Shown: positions 1 through 12,767 of the stretch, one piece after another | Layout of the letters: each line of letters starts with the position of its first letter | Position numbering within the stretch: position 1 is the stretch's first letter | Assembly: GCF_009914755.1 (NCBI RefSeq) | Contig: NC_060928.1 | DNA from: the human T2T-CHM13v2.0 reference genome, Homo sapiens | Strand: one strand, 5' to 3' | DNA length: 64,000 nucleotides | Made by a program: the position numbers and the translations under genes | The notes under the pieces: generated by a model | Told to the model about the DNA's origin: nothing | What the model saw: only the letters and a program-made list of their open reading frames with translations | Database searches by the model: none

Positions 1-173
1 GTCTTGCCTTCTTGCTTTTGCCTTTTGCCCTTCTACCATGGAAAGACCTTTGCTAGCTACTGGTGCCATACTCCTGGACTTCCCAGCTTCCAGAACTATG
101 AGAAATAAATTAATTTTCTTAATAAATTACCCAGTCTGCGTTATTCTATTATAGCAACAGAAGAACTAAAACA
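1..173 (+). mobile_element. MaLR LTR 3' part (MST/MLT1-like), cut by the window edge
   Basis: ggacttcccagcttccagaactatgagaaataaatt...aataaattacccagtc...tatagcaacagaagaactaaaaca is a typical MaLR LTR terminus. Confidence 0.8.
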
Positions 174-175
174 GC

Positions 176-368
176 ACCCTCACATCACCTGATGTCCCTA
201 AGAAAGAAGTATAACATGGGGTAAGGCTGCTCAGCTCTGCCAAGGGGTATGGAGAAGGATTCAGCTATGAGACATCAGCAGCCACTACTCACAGAAGCTG
301 GGCAGGAGAGGAAAAATGAGTGCTTCTGTTGATCAGGAGGATCTGAGCAGTGTGCAGATCACACCCAC
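176..368 (-). mobile_element. ERVL LTR16-like fragment
   Basis: catcagcagccactactcacagaagctggg...aatgagtgcttc...ggatctgagcag resembles the reverse complement of the LTR16 5' end. Confidence 0.55.
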
Positions 369-1882
369 GGCCTCTTTAAAGTCATTGTATTAGTTGATGC
401 TCAAAACTTTCTTATAGGACAAGTAAGGAATTACTAAGGTAGAAGAACATAGAGATAATTTCAAGACACCATCAAAAGACAGTGTGCCAGCTAGAAGTAT
501 ATAAAAGATAGAGTAGTAGCACAAAGGAGCTAATGATTTACTGTGCTTGCTGTGTGTAATACATCAGTTACATAAGGTGTGTCTTTAATCACAAGGCGAA
601 GCTTGATGGAAGAATGTGAGTGAAGGTACAATCTGGGCAGAAGAATCAGTAAGTATAAATCCATGACTTTCTGGGTGTGGTTAAGTGGTCAAAAGGGTGG
701 TTGTCTCATCCAGATATCTTAGAGAAAATTAAACCAATGCAAAAGAGGTCACAAGAAGTGGTCTATACTATTAGTAGAAACCCAAACTCTGACATCCTCC
801 TGAATATTGTTCTATTTTTTAGGCTTTTTTCCCCACTTCTATTTTTTAAATTAAGCATTTTATTTTGAGATAATTGTAGATTCACGTGAAGTTGTAAGAA
901 ATTCCTGTGTTCCATTTATTCACCTTCCCCCAGTAATAATATCCTACAAAACAATAGTACAATACCACAACTAAGATTATCATTGACAGAGTCAAGAGGC
1001 AGAATATTCCATCACCATAAGGATTCCTTGTGTTACCCTTTAGTAGCCACGGCCAGTTTCCCCTACCCTTGTCCCTTCCATAAACCCTGGGAACCACTAG
1101 TCTCTTCTCCATTTAGATAAATTTGTCATTCAAGAATGTTATATAAATGGAATAATATAGTATGAAACCTTTTGGGATTGACTTTTCTACTTAGCATAAT
1201 GCTCTGGAGATTCATCTAGGCTGTTGTGTATAACAATAATTCATTCCCTTTTATTGCTAATTATTAATTCCTTTTAATTGCTTTGTATTCCATGGTATGA
1301 ATGTACCAGTTTGTTTAACCACTGAAGGACATTTGGGTTGTTTCCAGTTTTTGGTTATTATGAACACAGCTGCTGTAAACATTTGTTTACAGATTTTTGT
1401 GTGAACATAAGTCTTTATTTCTCTGGAATAAATGCCCAGGAGTGCTACTTCCATGCCGTATGGTGGCTGTATATTTAGTATTTTAAAAAACAGTCGAACT
1501 GTTTTTCAGAGTGACTCTACCATTTTATATCACTATCAGCAATGTATGAAAATGCAGTTTCCCTGCATCCTCACTATCAATGGCGGTGTTGCTATTTTTA
1601 CTTTGGCCATTCTAATATGTGTGTAGTATTATCGCCTTGTAGTTTTAATTTTCATTTTCCTAATGGCTAATGATGTTGAACATATTTTCTTGTGCTTATT
1701 TGCTTACTCTGTATTCTCTTTGAAGAAATATCTCTTTATGTCTTATATCCATTTTATACAGTTTCTTACTGTTGAATTTTGAGAGTTTTTTTTTTTTTTA
1801 CACATTTTAGGTACTAGTTCTTTGTTGGATGTGTGGTTTGCAAATATTTTCCTCCATTCTGTAACTTCTCCTTTCGTTTCTT

Positions 1883-2359
1883 GTTTGTTTTTAAAAACAT
1901 TTTTAATTTTTAATTTTTGTGGGTACATAATAGGTATATATTTTTATGGGGTACATGAGATGTTTTGATACAGGTGTGCAATGTGAAAAAAGCATATCAT
2001 GAAGAATGAGTTAACCATCCCCTCAAGCATTTATCCTTTGATTAACAGACAATCCAGTTATACTCTTTAAGTTATTTTAAAATGTACGATTAAGTGACTA
2101 TAGTTACTCTGTTATGCTTTCAAATTGTAGGTCTTATTCATTCTTTCTAAATATTTTTTTGTACCCAGTAACCATCCCCACTACCAACCCCGCACCCTCC
2201 CACTACCCTTCCCAGCCTCTGGTAACTTCTACTCTCTATGTCCACGAGTTCAGTTATTTTGACTTTTAGATCCCAGAAATAAGTGAGAATATGTGATGTT
2301 TGTCTTTCTGTGCCTGGCTTATTTCACTTAACATAATGATCTCCAGTTCTGTCCATGCT
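1883..2359 (-). mobile_element. 5'-truncated L1MA (L1MA2-4-like) 3' end nested in L1MC
   Basis: T-rich tail, then tttttgtgggtacataataggtatatat...ggggtacatgagatgttttgatacagg...cttatttcacttaacataatgatctccagtt. Confidence 0.85.
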
Positions 2360-2399
2360 GTCTACGGCCATACCACCCTGAATGCACCCAATCTTATCT
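2360..2399 (+). pseudogene. 5S rRNA 5' fragment (nt 1-40) retrocopy
   Basis: gtctacggccataccaccctgaatgcacccaatcttatct vs 5S GTCTACGGCCATACCACCCTGAACGCGCCCGATCTCGTCT: 35/40 identical, all 5 differences at CpG positions. Confidence 0.9.
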
Positions 2400-4159
2400 T
2401 TTCATTTCTTAACAGTCTATTACAGAGCAATGTTTTTATTTGGATGAAGTTAAATTTATCATTTTTTTTCTTTTAAGGGTTGTGCTTTTGGTGTCAACCC
2501 TGAGAACCCTTTGCTTAGGTCTAGATCTAAAGATTTTTTTATTATGTAATTTTTTGTTTACCTAAAATCCATGATCGTTTTTGAGTTAATTTTTTAATAA
2601 GGCAAGTAAGGTATGAGATTTGGGTTTAGATTCTTTTTTTTTTCTTGTCTATGGATGTTCCATTGGCCCAAGAATGGATGACCATTTCTTGAGAAGGCTA
2701 TTTTTTCTCCATTGAATTACTTTTGCAGCTTTGTCAAAAATCAGTTGGCCATATTAGTGTGGATCTATTTCTAGGTTCTGTATTTGGGTCCATTGATTCA
2801 TGTGTCTATTCTTTTGCCATTCCTACACAATCTTGATAATGTAGCTGTAAAATAAGTCTTGAAACTGGGTAGGCTAATTTTTTCACTTAATTCATTTTCA
2901 ATATTGTTTAGCCATTACAGTTTCTTTGCGTTTCCACATACACTTTAGAATACTCTTGTCTGTATCTACAAAAACTCTTGCTGAGATACTGATGAGCATT
3001 GTGATTAAATCTGCATATTAATTTGGGGAGAACTGACATTTTTACTATGTCGAGCCTTCCAAAACCTGAACACAGTATGTCTCTCCATTCATGTAGACCT
3101 TATTTGATTTTTAAACAATCAGCATTGGTAGTTTTTAGCATGCAAATCCTATGCATGGTTGTTAGATCTAGCTCAATTTTACATTAAAAATAATCACTTA
3201 CTGATACACAAATTTTTACCCTGCAGCGGGATCATAAAATATTTTCACTGGGTTATTGTCAGTACCCAATGAGATATTGCATAGGAAAGTGTTTAGGAAC
3301 AGTTTTACTTCACAAAAGCCAATAATGGCAAGATATAGTAGAACAAAGACTTTGACTATTTGACCTCTTAGCAGCTGTGCCACATTCAATTTATTCCTTA
3401 TTCTCTATGAGCCTTGGTTTCTCCTTCTGAGAATAAGTATTTTGTTCTTGCAAGGGTTTTCTCAAGGACAACTGAGTCAATGCTTATGAATGTGTTTTTT
3501 AAACTGGGCAGACCTATCCAAGGTAAAGAGCTATACTCTTACTTCATCTGAATCTGCTCACTCAGATAGATTTTGTCTTCACTATTCTTTGGTGTACCCG
3601 ATATATGACTTAAAACAACAGTGAGTTTAAAAAGGATGCAAATTTTATTTAATTTAAAAGTTTAAATAATTTAATGTCCCTTTTCTCACAGTACAAATCT
3701 GTGTTTGTATAAGCCTCTTTTGGAAGCAACATGGAAGAGAACATCCAACAAGATAATAAAAGTTAGCTCTGTCTGGTTAAAAATTCCAGCTCACTGGGCC
3801 AGTCACAATTGAATACTGAGTCTTGGCTTCTCCCAGTGCATCCCATGGTCAGTATCTGTCTCTCCAAGTAAAAGTCAGTGACAACTTGCCTGTGAGGGAA
3901 AGATCCAATTGCATCTCCAGAATGAAGATCGATACAATGACTGCAAGTAAACCGTGTCTGACCTTATCGTTTGTAAGAAGGAAAAGAATCAACAGGGCAT
4001 GAAAAGTGTCAGCATTTTCAGTTTTGGGAGGTGATAAAGGGGAAACAGTTTGTGTTGTGCTCATCCGTCATTGGACATCAGTAAGATCATTAAGGGTAAA
4101 ACGAGAGGTAAAGAAGTAGCAATTTATCCAATTTCACTGCTGGAAATCCTAGCACCAAT

Positions 4160-4620
4160 TCAGTTCAGTTCAGTTCAATTCAACAAGCATTTATTAAGTA
4201 CCAACATTGTGTATGACTGTGCTAGCTTCAGAAAATCCCCAACTTCTGAATGTTCATTCAGTTTATTTCATGCCAGACTCTGCTAAGTGTTGGGAATAAA
4301 CATGTCTGATATGTGAGGAAGATAAGCAGACACAGAAAATCTATTGGAAAATCTTTATCCATAAAGAATATGGATAAAATTATCTGAAATTATTGTGGAT
4401 GGAGACAAAAACTACGTGCTCACAGAAAAAAGGAGGTGATTTTTGAGTTAGGACTTCCTGCAGCATGAGTAGGCATTTACTCACAAGTAGAAAAGGGTTT
4501 AGTTTGGTTCAGTTGGACAATTATTTGTTGAGACCTACTATGGGCTGGACCCTGAGATGGGCATTGGTGTTAAGGAGATGAATAAAACATTGTTACCCTC
4601 AGGAAGCACAAAAGTATCAT
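4160..4620 (-). mobile_element. L2 3' fragments
   Basis: cagttcaattcaacaagcatttattaagtacc and tatttgttgagacctactatgggctgg are L2 terminal motifs. Confidence 0.6.
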
Positions 4621-7009
4621 ATCAAGTGGAAGCAGCAGCCTGAAAGGGCTTAAGCCATAGCCTTATAGAAGAGATGAGCAAGTTTCTAAGAAAAGGTCTC
4701 GTTTGCAACCCATTCAACATGCCTGGTTTCTAAGACAATCTTTGGGCTGGTCCTAGTTGTTATATTTTGCTCTCATAATGGCAGAAACATTTTCAAAACA
4801 ATGCTAGGGTACTGGAGATAAATAAGGACAAGTGCAAAGATATGGTGACAAAGAAGTTTCCAGGGTGTTTTTTTCTGGATTATGGTGCATATGTGCAATG
4901 AGATAAAATACAGCTGTTTCAAATGGCGTGATCAAATAAATATACTATAACATGGAAAATTACTTATGATATATAGTTGAGTTAAAGATGCAGGTAATAG
5001 TACAAGTACATATGGTGTGACTCTATTCTGGTAAATTTATATTGCACATTCACAGAAAACAGTGTAAGAAGATGCCCTAAAATGTTAACAAATTTTTCCT
5101 TTGGATGAAGGAATTAGAAAGAGAGATTATGAATGATAATTTCTGTCCTGTCTTTCTTCCGTTTTTTACTCCTCTTTTTTCTCTTCTTCTTTTAATTTGT
5201 TCATGCGCATTTCCTTTTTTTATGATGAATCTGACTTCACAAACGAGAAAAAAACAAAGTAAAAGTTAATTTAAAAATTCTTTAATCTAAATAAGCAGTT
5301 TCATATTTGTGACAATTCACCATTTATTCCATTGTTCCTCATAAAAGTCCATGCTATTGGAAGGTCAGATCTTATTACTAGCTTTGTTGTTGTTATTATT
5401 ATATTTCTATGGACTGGTATTATTTTGAGGTTTTAATTAGTGTGCTTTCTTTACTCTCAACTCATAAAAAAAGACGCAAGTCATCTTCTGCAGAACTAGA
5501 AACAAAGGCTGCAAACATGAGAATAGAAAGATTCAGACTTCTTTTTTTCAAAACAAATTTTTCTGTTCCCAGAGATCATGAAAAACAAAAACGAGGCCAC
5601 AGACAGGAGTGAGAACATGCAGACAGGAAAGCATGATAGACAGAAATGGAGAGACTTGACCTGGGAATCCTGGGGCTGTGTGGAAGCTGAGTGGGCACTG
5701 TCTTAGTGCTCCTGACACTGAAGAGGAAGGACCACCAAATGATGGTCATCCACCCATCCTCCATTAATCTTCCAGTCTGAAGCGATGCTCATCTCTGCCT
5801 TGAGCTTCTGCTCAACTCCCATGCATCTGTGTGTGGACACTGTCTACCTCTTACCCTTGGCAATCCACTGTTGCATTCCCATTTATTGATGAAGGAGTGA
5901 AGGTTTCGAGAGGGTGAGCAATTTGCCTACAATTTACCCCCAGGCTTGCAACGAGAACTAGGGACATGTGAGTTCCTGCTGAGCACTCTTTCCAGAACCC
6001 CATCATATTGCCTAAAACTTGATTTGTGGATCACAGTGTTTGAAGCTGACAGTTTTGTTTCTCATTGCTCTATGGGCAATTACTCCTTCCTGTGACAAGA
6101 AATAAAGAGGATAGTGACAAGCTCCTGAGGTTGTGCCATTTTCAACCTGGTGCTCTGCTCCTGCAGCGAGAGACAGGGTTATTTCTGGTGAAATCCTTGC
6201 TGTAAAATACACTAATCAATTTTCCTTACAAATGATTTCTAATATGTAATTATGTAATCAAGCTCTCCCATAAACAAGCTGAGCCTTGACATAGAATGAT
6301 GGGGTGCAGTAATATTTTAAATAAAGTATGATCAGGTCGCCATTTATTTTGAAGTCCAATTTTCAGAGTTGGGAACTATACATTAATGGCAGATTGGAGA
6401 TTAACAGCAAGCTAAATGTGAAACTCTATGAGTCAATGCCTTTGACATAAGCAAATGTACAAAAAATAGCATCCCACAACTGTTTGCAAAGTCTGACAGA
6501 GCTACAGGGCTTTCTGCAAAGCAGAGGGTGCAAAGAGTACAAGATTCATCAAATTCTGGCAGCGATCTGTCCAAAAATAATGGTTTTGTCTACAAATGGA
6601 AACTGCTAACAGCTTTCCCCGTCCACTGCAATCGTCTTTCCATCTGCTTGGGTTTTATAATCATATCGCCTTTGGAAAATTACAACACAGAACATATTCT
6701 CCTGGAGGTCTTTTGTCTAGCTGAATATTCTGGACCATGAAATGGTAACAACAGTGGAAGTTTCCCCGCAGAAGTGTTACAACCATTGCATCCCAACAAG
6801 TCACGCTGGTGCTGCAAGACTCTGGCAGGAGTAGAGCATCAAATTGCATTTGAGTGCAATTTAAAAAACTCTCACTTAGGTAGCCACTAACACTCACAGT
6901 TCCTTGGTGTAATGGCTGCTTCTTTTTTCCCTCTTTCCTTCATCTTTTCTCTTACTGTTTTATTTTCCCCATTTCCCTACCAAAAATTATTATCTAAGAT
7001 ATTATTTTT

Positions 7010-7556
7010 GACCCAGCAACCCCATCGCTGGGTATATATCTAAAAGAAGATAAATCATTTTTCCAAAAAGATACATGCACTCATATGTTCATCCCAGCAG
7101 TATTCATAATAGCAAAGACATGGAATCAACCTTCATGCCCATCAGTGGTGGATTAGATAAGGAAAATGTGGTACATATAAACCATGGAATACTATGTGGC
7201 CATCCAAAGGAATGAAATCATGTCCTTTTCAGCAACATGGATGCAGCTGGAGGCCATTATCCTAAGTGAATTAATGCAGAAACAGGAAACCAAATACCAC
7301 ATATTCCCACTTATAAGTGGGAACTAAACATTGAGTACTTATGCACATAAAGATGGCAACAATAGACACTGAAGACTACTAGAGGTAGAAGGGAGGGCAG
7401 GAAGGAGAAAGGTTTGGAGGACTAACTATTGGGTACTATGCTTACCACCTGGGTGACGGGATCAATCATACCCCGAATCTCAGCATCACACAATATACCC
7501 ATGTAATAAATGTGCACATGTACCCCTGAATCTAAGATAAAAATTGAAATTATAAA
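7010..7556 (+). mobile_element. 5'-truncated old L1PA (L1PA15-17-like) 3' end
   Basis: gacccagcaaccccatcgctgggtatata...catggatgcagctggaggccattatcctaag...gcacatgtacccctgaatctaagataaaa. Confidence 0.9.
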
Positions 7557-7586
7557 CCAAGAATTTTCCTGTCCTTCTCTTTTCTT

Positions 7587-7904
7587 TATTTTTGTTTTAA
7601 TTTTTTTTTTTTTTTGAGGCAGGTTCTTGCTCTGTCACCCAGGCTGGAGTGCAGTGGTGTGATCATGGTTCACTGCAGTCTCTGCCTCCTGGGCTCAAGT
7701 GATCCTGCCTCCGACCTCAGCCTCCTGAGAAGCTGGACCACAGGCATGTGCCACCACACCTGGCTAATTTTTTGAATTTTTTTTTTTTTTTAGAGACAAG
7801 CTTCCACTATGTTGTCCAGGTCTCAAATTCCTGGGCTCAAGCAATCCCCCAGCCCTGGCCTCCCAAAGTGCTGGGATTACAGGCATGAACTATTGTACCT
7901 GGCC
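7587..7904 (-). mobile_element. AluJ
   Basis: poly-T, then a dimeric Alu with J-type cactgcagtctctgcctcctgggctcaagtgatcc. Confidence 0.95.
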
Positions 7905-8186
7905 TAAGATATTAGTTTCTAAAACAAGGCCGTGCTGAATCTGGGGGTCTCCTCTAGCCTTTGATCTGGTCAAGAAAGGACATCATTCCTTACTTCAAGA
8001 TCCTTTGCCCAGGGCCCAGCTCATGGTGGGCTGATCAGTACCAAACTGTGGAATAAATGAATGAATGATACTGTCTCTTTCACAGGATGTTTTGTATTTT
8101 GTAAAGCCTTATATACTTTATAAGACATTTTCACTGACACCATCTTCATAACATGTGAGATAAAATATGTTGTTGTTTTCCCAGTG

Positions 8187-8575
8187 TGTTGGTTCAAGAA
8201 GCAGGAGTTAGGATGGTATTAAGTATGCAAGGGATTGATTAGAAAAACCACTCTCGAGGGGAAACAGTGAAGAAACATGGAGACTGGAATAAGAGCCATG
8301 ATATAGGTCTTATTCATGGGGAGCAGACAGGCAAGAAGTTCGAGTGGGGAAAGTACTAGATTGCCATGCAGTGTGAAGAAAGTTTTAGCAAAGCTGGTGG
8401 AGAGTTGGGTCAGAGCTGCTGATCAGAGGAGTTCTCTGTTTCCTAGAAATGCACCTACCTCTTTCAGAAGTGTCCCTGCCACACACGGACTTTAGCTGGG
8501 AGCTGCTGGTGGTGCCTATGTGGTAACTGATCTCACACAGTAAGGCTGGGATTCTTGGTCAATTCTGCTTCATGT
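8187..8575 (-). mobile_element. ERVL LTR33-like LTR
   Basis: ctagattgccatgcagtgtgaagaaagttttagcaaagctggtggagag...cagaggagttctctgtttcctagaaatg...ttagctgggagctg. Confidence 0.5.
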
Positions 8576-8805
8576 AGTGGGAGTTCTCAGAGGTGCATTC
8601 TCATGGCCACCACACCCTATTTGTAGGTAAGGAAACTGAGAGCCAGAGAGGATAAGAGACATTCTCAAGAGACTCCAAGTGAGTGGCAGAGTGGGGATTA
8701 ATGCCCAGCTCCTGAATCCTAACCCATGTTCTCTCTTTGCATACACTGCAGCTTCACTTGTGCAGCTAAGTCCCCCTCCCCATCTGATCTGTGGTGTTTG
8801 GTGGG

Positions 8806-9351
8806 TGTGATGGTTAATATTGAGTGTCAACTTGATTGGATTGCAGGATGCAAAATATTATTCCTGGGTGTGTCTGTGAGGGTGTTGCCAAGGGAGATTA
8901 ACATTTGAGTCAGTAGACTAGGACAGGCAGACCCACCCTCAATCTAGGTGGGCCCCATCTGATCAGCTGGCAGTGTGGCTAGAATAAAGCAGGCAGAAGA
9001 ATGTGGAAGGACTAGACTGCTGAGTCCTCCAGCCTACATCTTTCTCCCTTGCTGGATACTTCCTGCCCTCAAACATCAGACTCCAAGTTCTTCAGCTTTT
9101 GGATTTTTAGACTTACACCAGTGGCTTGCCGGGGACTTTCAGGCCTTTGGTCACAGACTGGAGGTTGCACTGTCAGCTTCCCTACTTTTGAGATTTTGGG
9201 ACTTAGACTGGCTTCCTTGCTCCTCAGCTTGCAGATGGCCTATTGTGGGACTTCACCTGTGATTGTGTGAGTCAAGTCTTCTAATAAACTCCCCTTCATA
9301 TATACGTCTATCCTATTAGTTCTGTCCCTTTAGAGAACCCCTACTAATACA
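8806..9351 (+). mobile_element. MLT2A (MLT2A2-length) HERV-L solo LTR
   Basis: tgtgatggttaatattgagtgtcaacttgattggattg...gagaacccctactaataca; TG...CA ends; perfect 5-bp TSD GTGGG (8801-8805, 9352-9356). Confidence 0.95.
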
Positions 9352-10224
9352 GTGGGAAAGCCTAAACACTGGCTGGACAAAACACCCAGCAGAGATAAGA
9401 GAAGAGGCAGGGGGTGGGGTTTCTGTCACTCATGGTAGGAAGCAGAGGATGAGGCTGGAAGGCAAAGATTAAACGTCTCATTCCAGGGTGGCAGTGTGTA
9501 AGAAACTCACTCTCTTGGAATTAAAATATTCCATAAGTAAGATAAAACCTTTTGAGAATTCAATAGCAGATTTTGCTCCAGAGAATCCCATAAACTCCTT
9601 GAAGGTAGATATATTCTTGGCTGTTCTTCCACAGCTGTATTTACTGCATCTTGACAGTGCTTGGCACAAACACATGGCATATATATATGTGTCTGTCTTT
9701 GTTGAGTGAATGAATGTTAATTAACTTTAGCCTGGGAAGAGGCCTCAGAGAACATCCAATGTATTTTAGAATATAAAGAGAATGAGACATTGAATAATTA
9801 TTAGTCACACCTCGGAGGGAAAAAGAACCTGTGATCCTTGACTCCCTTCCCTGGGGGTCTGTTTCCCTCCCACCCAGGGCGTCCCTGGGTCAGGGGCTCT
9901 TCTGTGTCAATGCAGTAGGCACATTGATGCTGAATCTCTAGCATCTTTTACCAAAAGGAAGATGCTTCATCTGTCCATTTTTTTGAATTTAAACCCAAAT
10001 GTGGTGAGAAGATCAAAATAGAATTCTCAGATAAGGATGAGTGGAGAGAACAGTGAATTGTTTCAAGAAAAACAATGCATAACATTTCAATGATGAGACC
10101 AATATTTTGAGACTATTCTGGGAAACCCCAGCTGATTGACAGTAGATAACAGATAATTTATTAGCTGTCATTTGTATTTTTTTGAAAACACCAGCCTTTA
10201 GGGGTAGTCTGGCAGGGTTAGGTA

Positions 10225-11200
10225 TGAATTCATCCATCCATCTGGTCAGACTTTTTGAGCACCAACTCTGTACCAGACACTGTGCTAGGCTCCGAAGATG
10301 ATCAGCAAACAAGACCATATTCCTTCTCTTACAGAGTAGAAAATCTAGTGGGAGAGACAGGCAGTAAATGCACACACACAATAAATTTACAGAGTTGCAA
10401 ATGTTTTACAGAAAAATACCCAGGGGGATGGGAAGTTAGGATAACCATGTGGTGATGGGAGGAATCTGAGACAGGGATTTGGCTTGAGATCAGAATGACA
10501 AGGGGTTACCTCTGTGAGGTGAGTCTGAGGTCAAGGGTTTCAGGGAGAAGAGAAAGCAGGCGCACAAGCCCTGAGGCCCCTCGCAAGACTCTCGGTGTTT
10601 GGGGAGCAGAAGAAAAGATCTTATGGAAGGAGCACAGTGTCAGGGAGATGGTAGACGTAAGGTCAGAGAGGTTGGCAGGGCATGCCCCTAGGGGATCTTG
10701 TTTGGATTAGACCTTAATCGTGTCTAGAAGCCATTTTGTTCTTTTTTTTTTTTTTTTTTTGAGACAGAGTCTCGCTCTGTCGCCCAGGCTGGAGTGCAGT
10801 GGCCCGATCTCGGCTCACTGCAAGCTCCGCCTCCCGGGTTCAACGCCATTCTCCTGCCTTAGCCTCCCGAGTAGCTGGGACTACAGGCACCCGCCACCAC
10901 GCCCGGCTATTTATTTTGTATTTTTAGTAGAGACAGGGTTTCACCGTGTTAGCCAGGATGGTCTCGCTCTCCTGTCCTCCTAATCCGCCTGCCTCGGCCT
11001 TCCGAAGTGCTGGGATTACAGGTGTGAGCCACCGCGCCCGGCCAATTTTGTTCTTACTATATGCCACAGACTTTTAAGCAGGACAGTGTTGTGATCTGAA
11101 CTATATTAAGCAAATAAAACTAGGAAAGTCGGAAGGCAGTCCTGGCAGGAGGAAGAGTCTGTTGACAGAAGCCAGTTAGTTGAGTGTCATGGGGGTTTGA
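10225..11200 (-). mobile_element. L2 fragment interrupted by an AluY
   Basis: tttgagcaccaactctgtaccagacactgtgctagg...tctagtgggagagacag. Confidence 0.65.
10742..11043 (-). mobile_element. AluY
   Basis: CpG-rich Alu with caagctccgcctcccgggttc and accgtgttagccaggatgg; TSD attttgttctt on both sides. Confidence 0.97.
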
Positions 11201-11899
11201 GCTGAGCTGGATGGACAAGCTGCAAATAGCTAGGTGAACAATACAGACAGAGATTCTGGGGGGCTGAAGAACCGCATGTGCAAGGCAGATGGGCCTGGGG
11301 TTGAGGACATGGTCTATCTGGTGGCTCGCAGAGTTTGCAATGGCTGGAGTATAGGCTGTGCACTGGGGAGCAGTGAGACATGTAAAATAAGGAGGGTGAT
11401 CACTTCACCAAACTATTGAGGAAGAGCTTGAGAAAACAGCCGCTTTTCCTCTCCATGCCTCAGTTTCCTCTTCAGTAAAATAGGGGGGTGGTATTGCAAT
11501 ACCATCACTAAGATCGCTTCCATTCTGCATTTCCCAAAAAATCCAGGTTGTGAGTCCTGATTGAAAAGTATTGTTTCTGTGATGTCTCAATGTTGGGGTT
11601 TCACTATGTGGGTTTTTATGCCTCCAGGTGCTGGGAACACACATTGAGAAGTCAGAAAAAATAAATGAATCATGGAAATAGGCATTGATGATATACCAAG
11701 TGTTGAAAGCCCTTTTCATGGGAAATACAAAACAGGCTGTAATAGGAGACACCTGGTACAGCCTGTTTACTTCCTGTTTTCCCATCCTTATCAGAGCTCA
11801 ATCTCCCATGAACCCATGAGGTCTCTCCTTAGCGTTCTGAACACACAGAAATTCCTTCTGTGGAAAACACCAGAGGCCAAGAAATAATGATTACCAAAT

Positions 11900-12300
11900 T
11901 GTGTTTTTGTTCTTACTATATGTCAGATGCTGGCCTAAGCAGTTTACTTGTAGCAACTCATGTGATCTGCAAAGCTCTGTTATGTTGGTGATATTATCTT
12001 CCCCATTTTACAGATAGAAAAGTGAAGACCAAAGAGATTAAGTAATTGCTCCAGGCCATGTGACCTTTCTATAGCTGTTAACAGTTGAGATGGAGCAAAA
12101 AGCACATGAGACTTAGCCTTCAGAGACTTGGGCTCTGCCAGTTGGCAGTGTATGACCTTGACCTTCAAGATACTTCATACTCATTGTCCATTGATTTCCT
12201 CATCTGTGAAGTGGGAATTGCACTAGCTATGTTGTGAGCATTGAGGTAAAGTATACAATTTATATTATTATAAAGTACCTGATACAATAAATGTTAGTTC
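11900..12300. mobile_element. Two MIR fragments in opposite orientations
   Basis: ccccattttacagatagaaaagtgaagacc (-) and tttcctcatctgtgaagtggga (+) MIR cores. Confidence 0.75.
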
Positions 12301-12767
12301 TCTCCACAAATGAAGATACTTTATAAAACTCTATTATACAAAATAATTAATACAACCCCTCTGAATATTTCTAGGCAATTAACTTGGTTTTGTGCAAAAT
12401 TGCATTTAATGTGAAGATATTGGTATTGTAGGAGAATTCTTCAGGCTTTTGATTTCCACATATGTGTGGAGGGAAGCCTGGAGGTAAATATTTCCTCTGG
12501 AGATTGGAGTGAGCCAGAACTTTGAATGAGTTGATACTAATTTCAGGCAATGTTTTCTTTTACTTTATGAAGTCAACACAGAATAAATAAACTAAATATT
12601 TATTAAGTACTGGGTTCTGTTCTAGGTGCTTTGGGAAAAGAGATGGTGCCTGGGGATGCACCTGACTGTTCAGTTCCTGGAGGAGCTTCTCATCATCTAG
12701 TGCTGTGATTGGAAGGGGTGGGCCTTCCGCTGGAGACACAGGAAGGAGGCTGTCTCAGCAAATCTGC

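Larger units (their letters stand above)
855..3170 (-). mobile_element. L1MC1/2-like 3' end and ORF2 remnant, interrupted at 1883-2399
   Basis: tttattttgagataattgtagattcac 3' UTR; ORF 1257-1454 encodes L1 ORF2 C-terminal-like LLGIYSREIKTYVHTK...WKQPKCPS. Confidence 0.85.

Noticed and set aside
3760-4150. Possible L3/CR1 relic or exon (71-aa ORF)
   Set aside because: Similarity is too weak to support either call by eye
9872-9890. Palindrome acccaggg-cgt-ccctgggt
   Set aside because: An 8-bp stem is expected by chance in 64 kb
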